A program made the position numbers and the translations under genes. The notes beneath the pieces were generated by a model. That model was not told where the DNA came from. It saw only the letters and a list, made by a program, of their open reading frames with translations, and searched no databases. Below are positions 8,052 to 10,021 of a DNA stretch of 10,021 nucleotides, piece by piece. Each line of letters starts with the position of its first letter. Position 1 is the first letter of the stretch. This DNA is from Azolla caroliniana (taxonomy: Eukaryota > Plantae > Polypodiophyta). The stretch lies in assembly GCA_043228905.1 (NCBI GenBank), contig JBHGNT010001306.1, positions 1-10,021 on the forward strand, written 5' to 3'.

Positions 8052-8112
8052 CTAGGTTTTAACATATCTTGCTAGGATGAGTGATACAAGCAAGATATGT
8101 TAAAACCTAGCA
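8050..8112. repeat. Perfect 24-bp inverted repeat with 15-nt spacer (hairpin/cruciform)
   Basis: tgctaggttttaacatatcttgct (8050-8073) and agcaagatatgttaaaacctagca (8089-8112). Confidence 0.95.
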
Positions 8113-9733
8113 TTTTATTGGAAGGACTTCCAAATTAGTATAGTTTTATATCTACAAGCATGTGAGATAATAGGAAAAGGTGGTGCAACATGCATTATTA
8201 GAATACAATGGTAAAGCCTTTTTTGGTCTTTAATACACGTGTTGCCTAGGTTGTCTCGAGGCTTCTAGTATTTGAATGGAATAGCATTTTCTACTCTCAT
8301 TGTTCAACAAGATTTTGCAAGTTGAAAGCCTTGTAAGAAGTTGGCATAGGAATGACTTGGGTGACTTTCTCTTTGTTGTTAGTTTAGTGGACTAGTGGAT
8401 TGATGTACTTCGAGTGATTCACAAGATGAGTTGCATAATTTCCTTGAACACCATTGAATGAGCAATTTTGCACTCAATTCTATAAATGAGTTTGTTAGTG
8501 GATGTTCAATGGCCTCACCATAGCTTGTTTCTTGTTTGCATATGGAATCTATCATAATAATCACCTATCATTATTGCTCTAATACATAACAGTGGATCAA
8601 ACGAATATTTGGCTTGTGAGTTGATATATATTTATGACGAAAGATATACACACATTAAAAGCAGAATGCCATGAACATTAGTGGAGAAACCAATCTTACT
8701 TACTTGGCATATAAACGATCCTATTGTTAAAAAACATTTGCATCGTGTCTCCATTGCAGAATTGTTTGGAGATTTGGTGGAGAGGTTGCAATGTGAAATG
8801 ACCTCCAATGTAAGGGAATTGTCCATTTTAAATGGTTAAATTTTCATATTTATAAATAACAAGATTATATGTGTTGATAAGTTTCTATCAACATTCTCAC
8901 CTAATATTTTGAATATTCTTCTTTAGAGAGAATCTTTTATTTTTAGGATTGTATAATGTTTTTGCTCGTTTTCAACATGCAAACAAAAGAGATAAGTAAC
9001 ATAACGTTAGAATAAAGGAAACCGATGAACATGAGATGCCCACACTCTAAGAAAATGAATATGGGTTTATCTGAGTGCACTTCTTAACCAAATTATAATG
9101 AAAGGGAGATCATATGTTGCACACATTGTGTTGGGGAACCATGGTAGTACCAAGTTGGTCATATCCTTGAAACATTACCTTACCTCTATCCTACGCACAG
9201 TCTGATATTGTATAAATTTGATAAGTCATAGAAAGGTCTTTCAAGGACACCAATGACAATGCCACATTGACAAGTTATCTGATCTCTTTCAATGACAACA
9301 TGAAAGTACTAGGTTGGTGAGTTTATGTGCCGTCCCAATTAACACAAGTTGGTACTGGTACTGCACTTGCTGAGTTGTCTCATTTCCTAGACATGTTTGC
9401 TTTGACCAAGAGGACACGTACACGTTCTCTATCTTGTTATGTGCTCGTTTCTCTTTCTTGCTAGAATCAATGTTGTCTTTTTTCAACTCATGAGTTGTGA
9501 GAAGGTAATCCTATATTTCTGAATGCTTGGGGTTGTGTTAGGTGTCTCATAAAAGCAAAAGTTTTTGGGGTTGTAGGAAGTGCCTTTGTAAAGCCGTTGT
9601 TTCGTTACTTCGAACTAGAAAACATGAAGTTCTTTTTGCAATGTTCATAACATGTCCATGTACTACAATATGCATAAAAAAAACATTGTAAACTTGAAAT
9701 TTTTATAACCTTTTGCAAGATTGCCACAAGAAC

Positions 9734-9894
9734 ACGATCATTCACATCATAGATTTGGATTACTTTAACTACAATGGCCATTCCAGTGAAAATTAAAGCT
9801 AAATAGACAAACAAACGATCATTCACATCATAGATTTGGATTACTTTAACTACAATGGGCATTCCAGTGAAAATTAAAGCTAAATAGACAAACA
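9734..9894. repeat. 81-bp tandem duplication
   Basis: 9734-9814 and 9815-9894 are identical except ggcc/gggc (9778 vs 9859); this gives the 27-aa repeat in track ORF 9605..9925. Confidence 0.97.
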
Positions 9895-10021
9895 TATCGA
9901 GATATGTCAAGACGAGGCATTGCAAAAGGGGATCCTAAACTCTAGTATTGAGTTTTTTCCTTGAGTCACACGGAATTGTTTGATGACAAAGACGTCACAT
10001 TACACAAATTTAAATCGAGAG

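Larger units (their letters stand above)
7740..9940 (-). pseudogene. Possible upstream continuation of the PPR pseudogene, heavily decayed
   Basis: Scattered minus-strand PPR-like pieces: YLALIFTGMAIVVKVIQIYDVNDRVLVAILQKVIKISSLQ (~9690-9810), NKIENVYVSSWS...QYQLVLIGTAHKLTNLVLSCC (~9295-9440), EVR*CFKDMTNLVLPW (~9140-9185), QVSKIGFSTNVHGILLLMCVY...AKYSFD (~8595-8705), KALPLYSN...TTFSYYLTCL (~8155-8220). Each is weak alone. Confidence 0.35.

Noticed and set aside
9605-9925. 106-aa ORF as an intact small membrane protein with two repeats
   Set aside because: Its length is inflated by the 81-bp duplication; it is better read as a decayed PPR L/S-like segment or non-coding DNA.

Overview
Eukaryotic, almost certainly plant, repeat-rich DNA with no intact gene. 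Bases ~1-5380 are a near full-length but dead L1-clade LINE retrotransposon on the + strand. It has a 5' region with 40-bp tandem monomers and an ORF1 with QPxxx repeats, a DUF4283-like segment and a CCHC knuckle. Its ORF2 encodes APE endonuclease, reverse transcriptase and zf-RVT with no RNase H, followed by a short 3' UTR and an A/(TAAA)n tail. ORF2 stays in one frame (+3) throughout. It is broken by six nonsense codons, each one C>T or G>A change from Gln or Trp, and by two in-frame internal deletions; ORF1 has a third deletion. Downstream lie a tRNA-like (SINE-type) head on the - strand and a ~120-bp Ty3/Gypsy integrase C-terminal fragment. There is also a decayed PLS-class pentatricopeptide repeat (PPR) pseudogene on the - strand that the ORF track misses: clear at 7385-7730, weaker traces from ~6290 to ~9940. 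Three tandem duplications (27, 60, 81 bp) and a perfect 24-bp inverted repeat lie in that region. The PPR and LINE styles suggest a seed-free plant such as a fern (inference). I found no convincing novel biological system; the interest lies in the mutational and repair signatures.
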